The translations under genes and the position numbers were made by a program. 64,000 nt of DNA from the human T2T-CHM13v2.0 reference genome, Homo sapiens: NCBI RefSeq assembly GCF_009914755.1, contig NC_060943.1; one strand, 5' to 3'. The notes under the pieces were generated by a model, which was not told the origin of the DNA, searched no databases, and saw only the letters and a list, made by a program, of their open reading frames with translations. Below, piece by piece: positions 13,558 to 36,570 of this stretch; within the stretch, counting starts at the first letter, position 1, and each line of letters opens with the position of its first letter.

Positions 13558-13586
13558 TAAATTTGTTGTAATTCTGTCTCTTGATG
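13300..13586 (+). mobile_element. MER65-like 3' LTR (partial) carrying the CEACAM6 poly(A) signal
   Basis: Ends AATAAAAGCCAATTAG...CTAAATTTGTTGTAATTCTGTCTCTTGA, resembling the recalled MER65 LTR terminus; lies directly after the env relic. Confidence 0.65.
13533..13538 (+). terminator. CEACAM6 polyadenylation signal
   Basis: AATAAA followed about 25 nt later by a GT/T-rich tract (tttgttgtaattctgtctc). Confidence 0.85.
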
Positions 13587-13589
13587 TGG

Positions 13590-13843
13590 GTTCACAGCCA
13601 GCCACGGCCAGTGGAGTCTCTCAGGCGGCGTCATTCTCACTCCGACCCTCCTGCCTTCCTCTTTCACTTACAAGGGCCCTTCTGAATACACTGAGCTCGC
13701 CCAGATTATCCAGAATAACCTCCCATCTCAAGATCCTTAACTTTACTTATTTGCAAAGTATTTTTGCCAAATAATGTAACATGCACATGTTCCAGGGATT
13801 AGGATGTGGACATTTTTAGGAGGTCATTATTCTGCCTAACACA
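13590..13843 (-). mobile_element. MLT1-type MaLR LTR fragment
   Basis: ataacctcccatctcaagatccttaac...ttccagggattaggatgtggacat...ttctgcctaacaca. Confidence 0.75.
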
Positions 13844-14340
13844 AGTAACTTTCATAAACATCACCCACAACAAAAATTTGCTTTGCCTTCCTTCTGTGTC
13901 TCACCTTTCTGCCTGAATCACAGGCCAGAGCACAAACTTCAAGGTGAAACACACCAGCTCTGCTGTGAACTGCCTGGATGATCCTGGACCACTCACTTCA
14001 CCTCCCACAGTCTCTTCTCATTTGCAGCACAAGGATGACACTTACTGCATCAGAAAATGACAGTGCAAGAGTAAATTAAGATACTAAACACAGAGCGTGG
14101 TACCTGATGAGCCCTCGGTAAACATTCCTTTCAGTCTCTTCCTTTCAACATCCTGTTTCTTTCACCCTCACCCATCTGCCCTTTCATCTTCTTTCTCTTC
14201 AGCAACTTACACAGTCTACCCTACCAGTTAGCAAAGAAGCCAGCTACCCATTCTCTCTTGATTCTGCTGGAATGTTCTTGTGATAGAGCCTGCTATCTAC
14301 TCAAGAAAGCCCACATTATTTATATGGAGAGGTCTGTTTA

Positions 14341-14733
<393 letters not shown>

Positions 14734-16128
14734 TTAATTTATATGTGCACTTCCTTATTCATTCTTCTTTAGTCTTTCTCTTTATACCTTATAATCTAGG
14801 ATAGCACAGAGACAAAACTAATGACCCAGGCCACAAGAGGGGATTTTTTTTTTAGCAAGACGAATGCTTTCCATTAAAAAAAATCAATGCTTTTTTTTTG
14901 GCAAAAGGAATGCTAATTTGCAAGGCACCCCTGAAGCCTGTTTTTAGGCTTGGCTTTTGGAAAAACCATTTGAGCCTACAACACACTCTTAGACGCTCCC
15001 CAAACAGGAGACGATAATTACCACAGAAGCCACATTCACTCCACGTATTCCTGCTGTTGGATAAATGTATTTTCACAGAATGTTGAGCATGAGTTACTCC
15101 TCCCCAGTCCTTCCACTCCTGGAAGTTAAACTTCCTTCTTAACCATCTTCATCTCCAGGTGGACTGCCAGGACTCTGGCTGGAAAATACCGCCCACGCTG
15201 GATGGCCAGGGTGGCACCTTTGCCTATTCCCATAATTATAATAGCTCACACTAATGCAGCACTCACTATGCACCAGGCACTATCCTAAGAGCTTTCCAGC
15301 TAGCTACAGTCCTCACAAAACATCCTGAGTGCCACCATCCCCATTTTTACAGATTTTTAAAACTGAGGCAGAGAAGTGAAGTAGTGTAACCATTGTCACC
15401 CAACCCATAATTTAACCTCATTCCCCTCCCCCTCTGGGCAGAGGACACCCTAAGATTTCCAAGGTCTCTTGAATGACATCCACCTTCCAGAATGATTTTT
15501 GCCCCCTCTACTCTCAGGATTTGACAAACAGCCAGCATTTTGTTTTCTGTCTCACTCTTCACTTATGCACCTGTTCCCTAACACCACACTCACAACTGCA
15601 CAGCCTGGAATAAAAGCTGGCTTTTATGGACCTCAATCTCTTTGGAAAAAAAACAGGGCCAGGTTCCCAGTCATATACAAAGTCATTTTTACTCAATTGT
15701 CAACTACTTGCACAGCCATTCCCTGGCCACAAATGAGGTATGCTAGGGACAGAAAGTGTAATGAGAAGGAAGTAGGAGGAGGGTGACTTCCTGGAATGGT
15801 CCCAAAGAGGAGAAGATTTCAAATCCAGAAGCAGTCATAAAACACACCCAGAGTATGGCCTTTGAATAATGACAGCCCCACCTGTCTCTTTCCATGCCTC
15901 GTGGCCTCTATCTTCCTTCTCAGCCTGCCCTTCCTGCCCTTGCTTTCTTAGATCAATACTAACCACCTGGGAGCTGGGGCCAGACCAGAGCACATAGCAC
16001 TGAGTCGTCAGGGTGGAGGAGCTGAAAAGAGAGAAGAGTGTTTAACTTATGGGCGTCTGACTCACCTAGGTACACATCACCTGGGCAGAAAGTGGATTCA
16101 TGATGACCTGTGCGAGACTTATGGTAAT

Positions 16129-20394
<4,266 letters not shown>

Positions 20395-20411
20395 TAATTT
20401 TAAGAGTCAAG

Positions 20412-20692
20412 GGGCTGGGTGCGGTGGCTCATGCCTGTAATCCAGGCACTTTGAGAGGCCAAGGCGGGTGGATCACGAGGTCAGGAGATCGAGACCATCC
20501 TGGCTAACACGAAGAAACCCCGTCTCTACTAAAAATACGAAAAATTAGCCAGGCGTGGTGGCGGGCACCTGTAGTCCCAGATACTCGACAGGCTGAGGCA
20601 GGAGAATGGCGTGAACCCCGGAGGCGGAGCTAGCATGAGCCGAGATCACGCCACTGCACTCCAGTCTGGGCGACAAAGCAAGACTCCATCTC

Positions 20693-20718
<26 letters not shown>
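20412..20718 (+). mobile_element. AluY
   Basis: Full dimer with A-tail. Confidence 0.9.
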
Positions 20719-20723
<5 letters not shown>

Positions 20724-21629
20724 TACTTCCTCGATGCTGTTCCACTGAGGTCAAAGGGATGGGTGTGGAAGGCATCACAGCTTTTTCCTATTTAGAAACC
20801 CATTGACCCTTCCTTCTCCCCCTATTGGGTTACATTCCTCTGTCCATAGATCACATATTTACTGAGTTGTTTTCCAGGGGAAAAAAAAATCTCAGTTGAA
20901 CTCCTTAAAGCCCCAAGCATTCAATTCAGTTCAAGAGTGTCTCTCATTTTAATGATGACCAGGCATAAATATTTTTTAAAGGCTCTCCAGAAAATTTTGA
21001 TAAGAGCCTCTGCACAACCCACAGTAGCTTTGGGGAGCACTGAGCTACAAAAGTGATGGGGAAGGAACCTGCTATGTGCTGGGGACCTTTATATGTCCAC
21101 CTTATCTAATGCCCCAAATGACGCTTTAAGTAGGCACTATTATCCCCCTATCCCAAGACATCAATTAACTTGTCCTTTATCTCAGAATTGGTCAAAGGTG
21201 GAACCAGGATTCCGACTCACATATTTCTGAATCTAAAGGTCATGTTTCACTGCAGAGCGATTGAGCCTACACGAACTCAAAGAAAGACAGGATGACTGCT
21301 TCTAACAGAAATAACCATACAGTCTTCAATGAAGAGTCAGGGTCTGAAATGAGCCTTAGGACAAAGAACAGCTCAGGAGGCTGAGAAGACAGTCAAAGGT
21401 ATTGTGGAAAGGAGTGAAAGAATTAGAATAAGTTCAGACATGAAAACATAAAATGGGGATCAAGTCTTTCTACACAAACCAAGGGAGTAGACTGGGGCTG
21501 TGTTATGGGGCCTTTGAATGGCAGCCTAAGGAATTGAAACTTCATTCTATGGATGATAGGAGTCACTGGAAAGCTTTGAGAAGCTCAGTAACATGACAAA
21601 CAGCATTTCCAGGAAGATTACTCTGACAG

Positions 21630-22721
21630 TGTAACCAAAAACCAGTGTAACGAAAACCAGGTTAGTCGCATGCTGCATGTAGAGTCCCATCAACATGAGT
21701 GAGGTCCGATACAAAAAAAAAAGTGAATTTATTCTAAAGCTAGCTTGGAGGAAGGGGCACAAAGCATTCTGCCTTTAAATGTGCTGCTCCACCTTTGGAG
21801 CAGAAAGCAGGCATTTTTTTAGAAGGTAAAAGAGAAAATGAGCAAGAACAAGCGTCCCCCTGCTACTGGGCAATTATCTACCGGGCAGTTGAGATGGTGC
21901 CTTCCTGGACAGAAGTAAGTTGTAAAAATGGCCACGTGGGCATGCTTCTGACATGTTCCCCTAGTGGGTGTAAGTTCTGAGGTGACCCAGGATGGAAGCT
22001 CTGAGGCAACCCTCTGGAGGTGAAAGTTCCATGGCAGGTATTCTTTGGTCCGCTAATGAACTGTCAACTCTTGAGAGATTCATCACGGAGCACACAGCTA
22101 GAGGAACTTGCCCTGTAGGGAATGTCTGGTGATGGGGGAGGTGGAAGGTTATATATGCATTTCTGAAGGGCTAAGGGTAGGAAACGGGTAGCCAGGGAAA
22201 TGAGACAGGAGACAGAGGGAGGAAAAAATAATTAAACCACCTCTAGAAAAATGGGGGTACTCAGTTACCATTTTCCACTGCCAAGCTTTATTTTTATCTT
22301 TATGGGATCTGGGTGCCATATTTGTTCTGAGTACTTTTTGCTGAAAGGGCGCATAGTCAGTGAGCATTAGAATGAAACTGATCTACCTGGAGTTGGAAAT
22401 ATTTATGAGTACCCGGACTTATAGATTATATTGGTTGGAGCATTGTGGTCTGAGGTCTAGAAGGTCTCTGGGAAAGCGTGCCTTGTATTTTTATAAACAG
22501 GTTGTAATATCAGGAAGCTCCACACCAGAGGGATATGCCTATCCCTGCAAGCAGGGCCAATGTTATAAGCAGCTTTTGCTCCTACGATGGTTCTGACCCA
22601 AATCAGGATGCTAACCATTGGTCAGCAACAATGTGGGGTTAGGAGAAATGAAATAATTATTTCTGTTAAAACAATTAAAAAAATTAAGCTACCTCTAGAA
22701 AAATAGGGGTACTTGGTTACA
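21630..22721 (-). mobile_element. ERV1-type LTR sequence whose terminus occurs twice (~22228-22269, ~22680-22721)
   Basis: TGTAAC start and GGTTACA end; repeated ACCTCTAGAAAAAT(G/A)GGGGTACT motif; subfamily not assigned. Confidence 0.55.
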
Positions 22722-22789
22722 ATAGTGTTAGGCAAGATAACTTAGAGATGTGGTTCTGAACTCTGACAACTTAATAGAATTACCTAGAA

Positions 22790-23710
<921 letters not shown>

Positions 23711-23999
23711 CCAATACTTGGGCCACATGATGAACCAATCATCTCAGACTCTCTTAGGGGAAGACACAGGCCCTGGTAAGTTTTAAATGCCATATAGGTG
23801 ACTCTAACCAGCATCTACAGCTTACACCATGAAGATTAGAATCCTGGAAATCAGCTAGGAGGCCATTCCTTGGACCTAACATCCAGTTCCAGACACAATA
23901 TTTGGCATGGACCCATGATAGGGAAATGGGAAGGCAAAAAAATCTCCTAACTGAGAAATGATGGGTGAGTAGAATGCTACCCAATAAAAAGAGAAGGCA

Positions 24000-24711
24000 G
24001 GACCAGGTGCGGTGGCTCATGCCTGTAATCCCAGCACTTTGGGAGGTCAAGGCAGGCAAATAACTTGAGCTCAGACGTTCAAGACCAGCCTGGGCAACAT
24101 GGTGAAACCCCATCTTTACCCAAAAAAAAAAAAAAATTGGCCAAGCATGGTAGTACATGGCTGTAGTCCCAGTTACTTACTTGGGAGGTTGGGGTGGGAG
24201 GATCACTCAAACCCAGGAGGTTGAGGCTGCAGTGAGCCAAGACTGCACCACTGTGCTCCAGCCTGGGTGACAGAGAAAGACCCTGTCTCAAAAAAAAAAA
24301 AAAGAAAAAAGAGAGAGAGACGCAGGACACCAAGTAAAGTGTCCAGCCCTTCTGGACTATTTTCTCTCCAGATCTCAGAGAAACCTGTATTGTAGTGAAA
24401 GCACACACCATATAATTTTTTTTTTTTTTTAAGACGGAGTCTCGCCGTGTCGCCCAGGCTGGAGTGCAGTGGTGCGATCTTGGCTCACTGCAAGCTCTGC
24501 CTACCGGGTTCACACCATTCTCCTGCCTCAGCCTCCTGAGTAGCTGGGACTACAGGCTCCCACCACCACGCCTGGCCAATTTTTTGTATTTTTAGTAGAG
24601 ACGGGGTTTCACCGTGTTAGCCAGGGTGGTCTCGATCTCCCGACCTCGTGATCCGCGTGCCTCGGCCTCCCTAAGTGCTGGGATTACAGGCGTGAGCCAT
24701 GGCGCCTGGCC
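24000..24711. mobile_element. AluJ (+, ~24000-24310) and AluY (-, 24420-24711), tail-to-tail
   Basis: Alu consensus matches; AluY TSD CACACCATATAATTTT at 24404-24419 and 24712-24727. Confidence 0.9.
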
Positions 24712-25260
24712 CACACCATATAATTTTACTATCACAAGCCTGACGTGAGCTCCTGATTGCCACTGACGGGAAGGGAATTATGAATTATGTCATGGAAATA
24801 TATGACCACATATGCCAAGATGCACACTTCCGGGTATAACTGAATGAAAAATTCACAAAATCCACATCAGAGATACATGACCTCCCCTAAACAACCCTGT
24901 TCTCCCCACTTGGTCTTTTGTCCTTAATTTCTTTTGAAGTAAGAGAATAAAGACTGTTATAAATTTCACAAAATAGGAAAGTGTACACATCTCCTGTCAC
25001 CCGGCTGTTTAAGCAAGAGGACACTGTGCTCAACTTCGTTAGAGTTATTATCTTGAGGTTTTTATAAAGAGATATCATCAGTCCCCTCCTTAGAGGGGCC
25101 ATCTGATAACATGCAAAAAAATGCCACTGTAACCAAAACCCAGAGGCAGGAAGGACCCTGAGAAGAGCAATCCCTAAGGTATTCACATGCCTGCCATGGT
25201 CTGGTGCTGCTGGTACAGGAGGAACTGCTGCTGGCAATAGCTCGAAAAAAAGAGAAGGCA

Positions 25261-25584
<324 letters not shown>

Positions 25585-27102
25585 TCAGGGAGTAGTAAGA
25601 AAAGAACTCACTCAACCTTCAATTCTCAATTCTCACACAGCCAACACCCTTCCAGCCTCTCTATGGGGGTCTCACTGGGAGGGCTGGCACATAATTAAAT
25701 GCCAATACATGGATGAAATAAGTTACAGAAGGGTGGCATCAACTGGGTCAAAAACGGTTGAACATTTCACAAAACAGGAAGGATTTGGGTTAGACCCTGA
25801 AAGACTCAGGCTTAGGAAAGCAGACACAAAGAGAAACAGAAGCCAAGGGAACCTAAGTAAAGCATCCAGCCCTCCTGGCCAATTTCCTCCTCAGACCTCA
25901 GAGGGACCTTTATTGTAGTGAAAACACATGCCATATAATTTTACTATCCTAAGCCTGAGATGAGCTCCTAATTGCCACTGATGGGAAGGAAATTATGAAT
26001 CATGTGATAGAAATACACAACGCACGCAAAGATGCACACTTTGCACCACTCTGGATGCACAAAGACACACACAGGCCCCACCGGAGATGCTAGTTTTGAA
26101 GAAGGTCCCAGGAGTAAGAGTGGGTTTGCAGATGTTATTTTATTTACTCTTCTCACACACGATATGGGGATATTTCACAAGGAGGATACTGATCCTCAGA
26201 AAGGGGAAGTAACTTGCCAAGGTTGTTGGTGGATGTGGGATTAGAACCTCAGTGAGTCTAACACCGGAACCCATGCCACCACCACTACCACCGAGAGACC
26301 TGAACAGGGTATGTGTAGGGAACAGGAAGGAGCAGGGAGAGCTGAAGCAGAAAGAAACCATTTTAAAACAGGGAAGTTAGGTAAGCTTGCTAAACAGGGA
26401 TAATATGTTGCAGGGAAATGAACACTAGACAGACGTTCAAATTTGATCTGATTACAGAAAAGCCACTGAAGGTTTTGAGAGGGCAGAACCAGCCAAAGTG
26501 AAACCTTGAGCCAAGACCAAAGAAGGTGGTGAAAAGGGGAGTCTGGATTCCTAAGCTAGAGAGAAGCCGCCAACAACAGTGACAGGACTACGTGATGCAT
26601 GGAGCAAGAACTAGTCGGAGAGGCTAAAGCTGTGGGTTTAAATACAAAAAGTCATGCAGTAAGGGCATGGCAGGGTGAAGCAAGTTATATTCTTTCTCTG
26701 CAGTTCAGTCTCTCTTCATCTATAATCAGGTGCAATGAGAATTAATGTCTAAATGACCCTCAACCCTTGCTACTCAAAGTGTGGCCCACCAACCAAAAGC
26801 AACGACATGTCCAAAAGCTCCTTAGAAATGCAGAATCTCAGACCCCATCAGAAGGATCAGAATCTGTATTTAAACAAGATCTTTGGGGGATCTGTGAGCA
26901 CATTAAAGATTGTGAAGCAGTTTTCTGAAGTGTCTTCCAGTTCTAAAATGCAATGATTTCACAGTCATCTGAACTCCGTCACCTTACAGGAGAAAGAAGG
27001 AAAATAACATTTACCTTCGTCTCATTTGTGACCTTTTCTTAAAACAGCGTCTTAGACTCGCCCACATCCAGGTAGAGGATTTAGAAAACACCCGAAAGGC
27101 AG

Positions 27103-27121
27103 TGCTGCCACCTTGTGACCA
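27103..27121 (-). promoter_or_regulatory. Candidate CTCF site
   Basis: Reverse complement TGGTCACAAGGTGGCAGCA resembles the CTCF core CCACNAGGTGGCAG. Confidence 0.45.
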
Positions 27122-27399
27122 TCATCAGTAAATGCACTTAACTCTTAGCGGTCTCGCCAGTCGTGGAGGGGATGGGGCTGGAGCGGGCAGGGTGTAGGAA
27201 GTGAAGTCCAAGTCACAGATGAGGTAAGAGAACCATAACCGCCCACAAAGACTGGAAGTAACTGTCAGAGAGAGCTCAGCCTGCATCACAGAGCAACGAC
27301 CCATTGCAAAAAACAGTTTTTATAACAATATGTGATCAGTGAGAAACAGTTCCAAGCCAAGTTCTGCCCTTGTAACCTTAAAAATCATTGTAATGGGTA

Positions 27400-27435
<36 letters not shown>

Positions 27436-27731
27436 CTGGAGACGGAGTCTCGTTCTGTCGCCCAGGCTGGAGTGCGGTGGCGCGATCTTGGCGCGATCTC
27501 CACTCACTGCAACTTCCGCCTCCTGGGTTTAAGCGATTCTCCTGCCTCAGCCACCCAAGTAGCTTGGATTACAGGCGCATTCCACCATGCACGGCTAATT
27601 TTTGTAATTTTAGTAGAGACAGGGTTTCACCATGTTGGCCAGGCTGGTCTTGAACTCCTGACCTCAAGTGATCCGCCGGCCTCAGCCTTCCAAAATGCTG
27701 GGATTACAGGCGTGAGCCACCGCGCCAGGCC
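27400..27731 (-). mobile_element. AluS
   Basis: Antisense dimer, TSD tgtaatgggtattttc. Confidence 0.9.
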
Positions 27732-30700
27732 ACTGTAATGGGTATTTTCAACATCAGCCTCAGCCTGAATTCCGCCAGTAAACTGGTAATTCCCCAAGGA
27801 AACTTACTTTACTGTGACAGTTCTTTCACATCCTGAGCCAAAATGTGTGTGATTCGCACTCACCAATCCTTGTCCTGTGTCCTCCATAGGCTGAAATAAG
27901 TCTAATACTTCTTTGTACAACCCACCTTCAAATATTGGGTAAAATAAAAAAAAAAACATGTGCCACCCATCCCAAATTCCCTTGGTGGTTTCCCACGTTG
28001 GGTCACGTGAAGTCCCACACCTTCCGGTCCCTTTCCCACGGACGAGTGAAGTGCAGCAACCATAGCAGATGCTCCAAATCCTAGGGGTGTTCCCCAGAGC
28101 AGCAGAGCCACAGGACCCCCGTCACCGTCCTGGCACCTCACCCCTATGTAGAAGCTGAACCCCGTATCAGCTGATCTGGGGACGCTGACTTTTCCTGCTT
28201 CTGCTGCTGCTCAGTCATCCTACACCTGTGCAGGTGTCTACTTTTTATTCAGTTTTATTTTGTAAGAAATATTTGTCGGAGCCTGCTGTGTACTGTCACT
28301 GGAGAGACAAAGGTGAATCACACCCGGTCCCTGCCTCACAGAGCTCCAGGTTATGGAAGGAACCCACTCAAAGCCAGACCATTACCATTCAGTGAGAAAC
28401 ACCGTGACAGACATCAGCACAGGTTTCTTTGACCCATCTCACCAATGCCTTGTGAAAAATCTCCCACTCTTGGTTTTCTCACCAGGTTCCACGCATACAT
28501 GGGATCATTTCTGAGCTGAGATTTCGTCATTTCAAGCTCAAAGTGAAAAAGAGAATGCAAATGTCCCCGATGGTCCTTTGTGTGGTCACAGCTGAACCCG
28601 ACATGTCCTCCTGGCTAATCCAGGGTGCTCAGGGCTCCCATTTCACTCTGAGCGTCCTCTCTCCTATCGGAGCTCACATGTCTGCACCTGCAGCAGCCAG
28701 GTGGCTGCACACTAACAGAAAATCCACAAAGTCAGGAAACTTGATTTATTCCCGTAACTTTGAGGCTAGTGACTTTGTGACATTGAACTAATCTTATAAC
28801 TTCCCTGCACTTTAATTTCCATGTCTGTAAAGTGGGGCAGGTGGATTCGGTCACCCTAGGTGCCACTGTATAGTGAGAACTTCTCAGAGACAGCAGCACA
28901 CCTGATCTCAGCATCCACCATCTAGCGAATACCAGGCACACACTAGGGGCTCAAAGTCTCACTGAATGTATGTGTGAATAAATGACTATATGAGAGCCAT
29001 GTGGATCATGGACAAAGTCAACAAATATTTTTGAACGTCTACCAAATACACTGTAGAATAGGGAAATAAGTAACCCAGGCAGGGTGGTGTTTTCTCCTAA
29101 CTTCCCCTGACCTCCTTCCTGGGGGAGGGAGGGCCTCTGTGCATCAGACAGACTCTTGACACAGATAATGTTCTCGAGATGCATTGTAAGAAGTTATCAT
29201 GTTAACAAGAGGAAAGTCCATTTGTCTTGGGGGTGTTTTAATCAATGGACCTGAGGGACCTGAAGACCCCCCGATGAGACACAGGATGCGACACCCACCC
29301 CAAGTGCATGGAGGGGAAACCAGATGGAGTGAACTGACAGGTAGCGGGACCTGGGAGAACAGAGGGATAAAGAGACTGAGGCACCTGGAGGAAGGTCTGA
29401 GGAGGAGCTCCCGGCCCCTGCGGTGGCCTCGGTGTGGACTGATGCAGAACTCAGCAGCATAAGTAAGTAAAGTGGCCGCACCAGGCTCTATGCATACATG
29501 GGACCATTTTTCAGTAAGATTTTCTTTCTGCTAATGGGCTTCACTTTTGCCCACTTTCTAACACATCAGGACAAGTTAATAGGTTACAAACCATCATTCC
29601 ATTCAGCAGTCATTTATAGAATACTCCCAAAGTGCCAGGCCCTGTGTGAGTTCAGGCAATACAAAAATGAACATAAAAGCTCCTGTCCTCTAAGATCCCC
29701 ATCCAATGAGCTCCAGGGAGCACCTCTCCTACAACACGCCCCTGCTCTGCACGGCCCTCCTCTCTGCCCTCCACCAACCCAAATCCTCCTCCACCTCCAG
29801 CTCAAGTTCCACCCAACCAAGTCCCTCTCAGTCCCCCTCCACTCCTGCCACTTTGAGAGATGACTGCACTCATATCTCTAGGTTTTATGAAGTGGATGTC
29901 ATCTCCCTGGTTAGACTTGAGCTTCCTGAAGGCAGAGACCATTTTTAGAATTTTCCAGAAAAAAAGCCACATCAGTAATTTGCATCAGAACAAGCTTAGA
30001 CTCTGCTCAAGCCTTCAACTTAGACAGAGACTCCACTGCCTAGCACAGTCCCTGGTCCCTGCAGTGCTTTATAAACCCTGCAGTAGCAAAGTCCACAATC
30101 AACTCGTGTGTCAGTCAACAGGCTGGGATAAGTTGAAAATGCAGACAGAGAAGAACAGTCAAACAAAAATCAAAGGGCTTTGACTCATGCCTTGCCTCTT
30201 CCCTTTTCTCAGGGAAACAAAGTCACACCCCCTGCTCTCACTCCTGCCTGGAGGCTTCCAGGGAGGGCTCCCTTGTTGGCCTTCCCTTCAGCCCCCATGA
30301 ATATCACCCAGCATTCAAGCCCAGCCTCTCCTCTCCCTTTGAGCACATTGCCTAAAGTCTCAAATAAATGTCAAGTTTAGTGAGTGCTGATATTCTATGC
30401 CCCTAATGTTTACTTCAAGTATTATTACCTTTCTTCTTTTGCCCGGGGCCATTTCCAAACAAGGGCTGGAGCCAGGCGCCCCAGCAGCTGGGCAAACACA
30501 CTTCAGGGCTCCTTCCCTCCTGTGGCTCCTGTTTCTCAAACCCTCTGGGACCTGCAGCTCTGGGGGGTCTCTTCCCCCAACCCAGTTCCCTCCCCTTTAG
30601 ACCAGAACAACTAAGCCAGACAATGGAAAGGAATTGCGAACAGAGCCGGAACAAGGCAACTTTCCAGGCAACAACGCTACTATTGCCAATATTTTGCCAA

Positions 30701-30819
30701 GGATGGGAGCAGGAGCACAGAGGGGAAGCAGACCTTTTCAACATCTCTTCTACCAATACATAGCATCCACTTTCCTGCCAAATACTCAGCTAGAAAGGGT
30801 CATTGAAAGGTATAAGGTG

Positions 30820-31325
<506 letters not shown>

Positions 31326-31535
31326 CTAATCCGTTACCTAACAGCAAGACAGCATCAGTTCACTGCTTTTGCCCTCACATGAAAACAGTGTTGTGGGACT
31401 AAAGCACAGACTGGCAGGTCATGTACACTGGCCTCAGCCATCCCCAGAGATCAGGAGCCTCCGACTGGGAACCTTCCATACAATCTCCAAGCGACGTACA
31501 GCTGCACCAACAGTCACAATTAAAGTTCTAATCTC

Positions 31536-33400
<1,865 letters not shown>

Positions 33401-34133
33401 AGAGCTCACCCCATGTATATTTCCACTTGGGAGCATCATCTTTCCAAGGGCCACTTTGAGGTGAAATGGCTTTTTTACATACTCAGCATCAATTTGGTCC
33501 TAAAATCAGGAGACATTCACCCTTCTCCACCCCAATTTCCAACATCCCCTCCTTTGTAGAGAGAGCACTCTGGAAGCCACTGAGCCCCATAGCCCTAGGG
33601 CCTAGACCACTATTCCAAAAGGGAAGACTTTTCCATTACTATGACAGACACCCAGGCTGGAGTCCTCTGCCTGCACTCAAAGCTCTAACCCCAACCTCTT
33701 TTTCCAGTGCAAACCCTTCTACTCACTAAAAATTTCTCTCCACTCAAACTAGCCTGTTTGCCCTTCCCTGAACGGGGCTTGTGTTTTCCCATCAGCTCAA
33801 CTTTGCTGACATGCCCAGCTCAAAACCACATTTCCACAGGCCAGACAAGTGCTCAGTTCTTCCCACACGTAGATGAGTGCTCTGCCTCCTGAGAGCCTGC
33901 TTAGCCCTACTGGACACTGTCTTGTTGCACTTATCATCTGCTGCCTTATATTGAAGGCCTTCATATGCCTCTCCTGCCTCCACCCCCTGCCCTTCTAAAT
34001 TTCAAACTCCTTGGCCGCACAGACTGGTGCACTGTTTCCATATCCCTCACGCTATCCAGCTCAGCACTTGGCAAACATTAGCTCACCACAAGAATGCATC
34101 CTCAGGTTTTTAAGTCAGACAAGGGCTTCATAG

Positions 34134-34352
34134 CAGTTCTATTGACATTGGGGATGAACAGTTCCTTGCGGTGGGGGCTGTTCTGTGCATTGTGAGACGC
34201 TCAGCAGCATCCACGTGGCCTCTTTCCACTAGATGCCAATAGCAGCCTTCCCTCTCTCCCGTCCCCACCCCGGTATGAAAACCAAAAATGTCTCCAAACA
34301 TTGCCAAATGTCCCCTGGGCGGAAACCACCCTCAGTCCACAACCACTACTCT
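34134..34352 (+). mobile_element. MER20 DNA transposon
   Basis: ctattgacatt...ccactagatgcca...aaaaatgtctccaaacattgccaaatgtcccctggg. Confidence 0.85.
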
Positions 34353-34656
34353 ATACCAATAGTTCTCCACCTGGCCACACATTCAGACTCACCTGAACAT
34401 TTACACTCAGCCTGGAAGTCAGGGGGACCTAGATCCAAATCCTAGCTCTGTCACTCCCTTTGCAACCCTGACAAGTCGCTTCACTTTTTTTTACCCTGTT
34501 TTATCGTCTTAAGATGAATAAATATCCCTTCTCACAATCTTGTTGTGAAGATTAAATGATCCGCAGCGTGACCTAGAAAGGGTTTAATAAATGGACTGTG
34601 TAGAATTTCTAAGTCGCTCCTAAAGCACGAGGGTGAGGAACTGCGGAAAGTTCTCT

Positions 34657-34675
34657 GCGCCGCCAGGAGGCGCCA
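34657..34675 (+). promoter_or_regulatory. Candidate CTCF site in a CpG-retaining patch
   Basis: GCGCCGCCAGGAGGCGCCA resembles TGGCCACCAGGGGGCGCTA. Confidence 0.6.
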
Positions 34676-35099
34676 TCATAAACCACGTCGGTGGGTGGCC
34701 GCCAGGCTCCAGCTTTGTTTCCCAGCCAAGCAAACTTTGCAATGTGGGCCTGAGTCTGAGCTACTTCGTAGCTGGAGGAAATGACACTCCTCCTCATCCC
34801 CCAAAATAATTCTCAAAATAAAATCGAATCTTATTTTATCTTTTCATGACATACATGCTCAATATGCTTTTCACAGGGGAGAGGGAAAAAAGAAATGGAT
34901 GAGAATATATGAGGATATTATGAAAGAAATCATATTTTATATGATTTATAATAGATGACTCATTACTTATAATATTACTTGTTAATCATAAAATTACTTA
35001 TAATAATAGCTGACATGTTTTAAGAACTCCTGTGTCTCAGGCATTGTTCTAAGCACTTCACATTTATCTCATTTTATCCTCACAGAAATCTTATGCATT

Positions 35100-36570
<1,471 letters not shown>

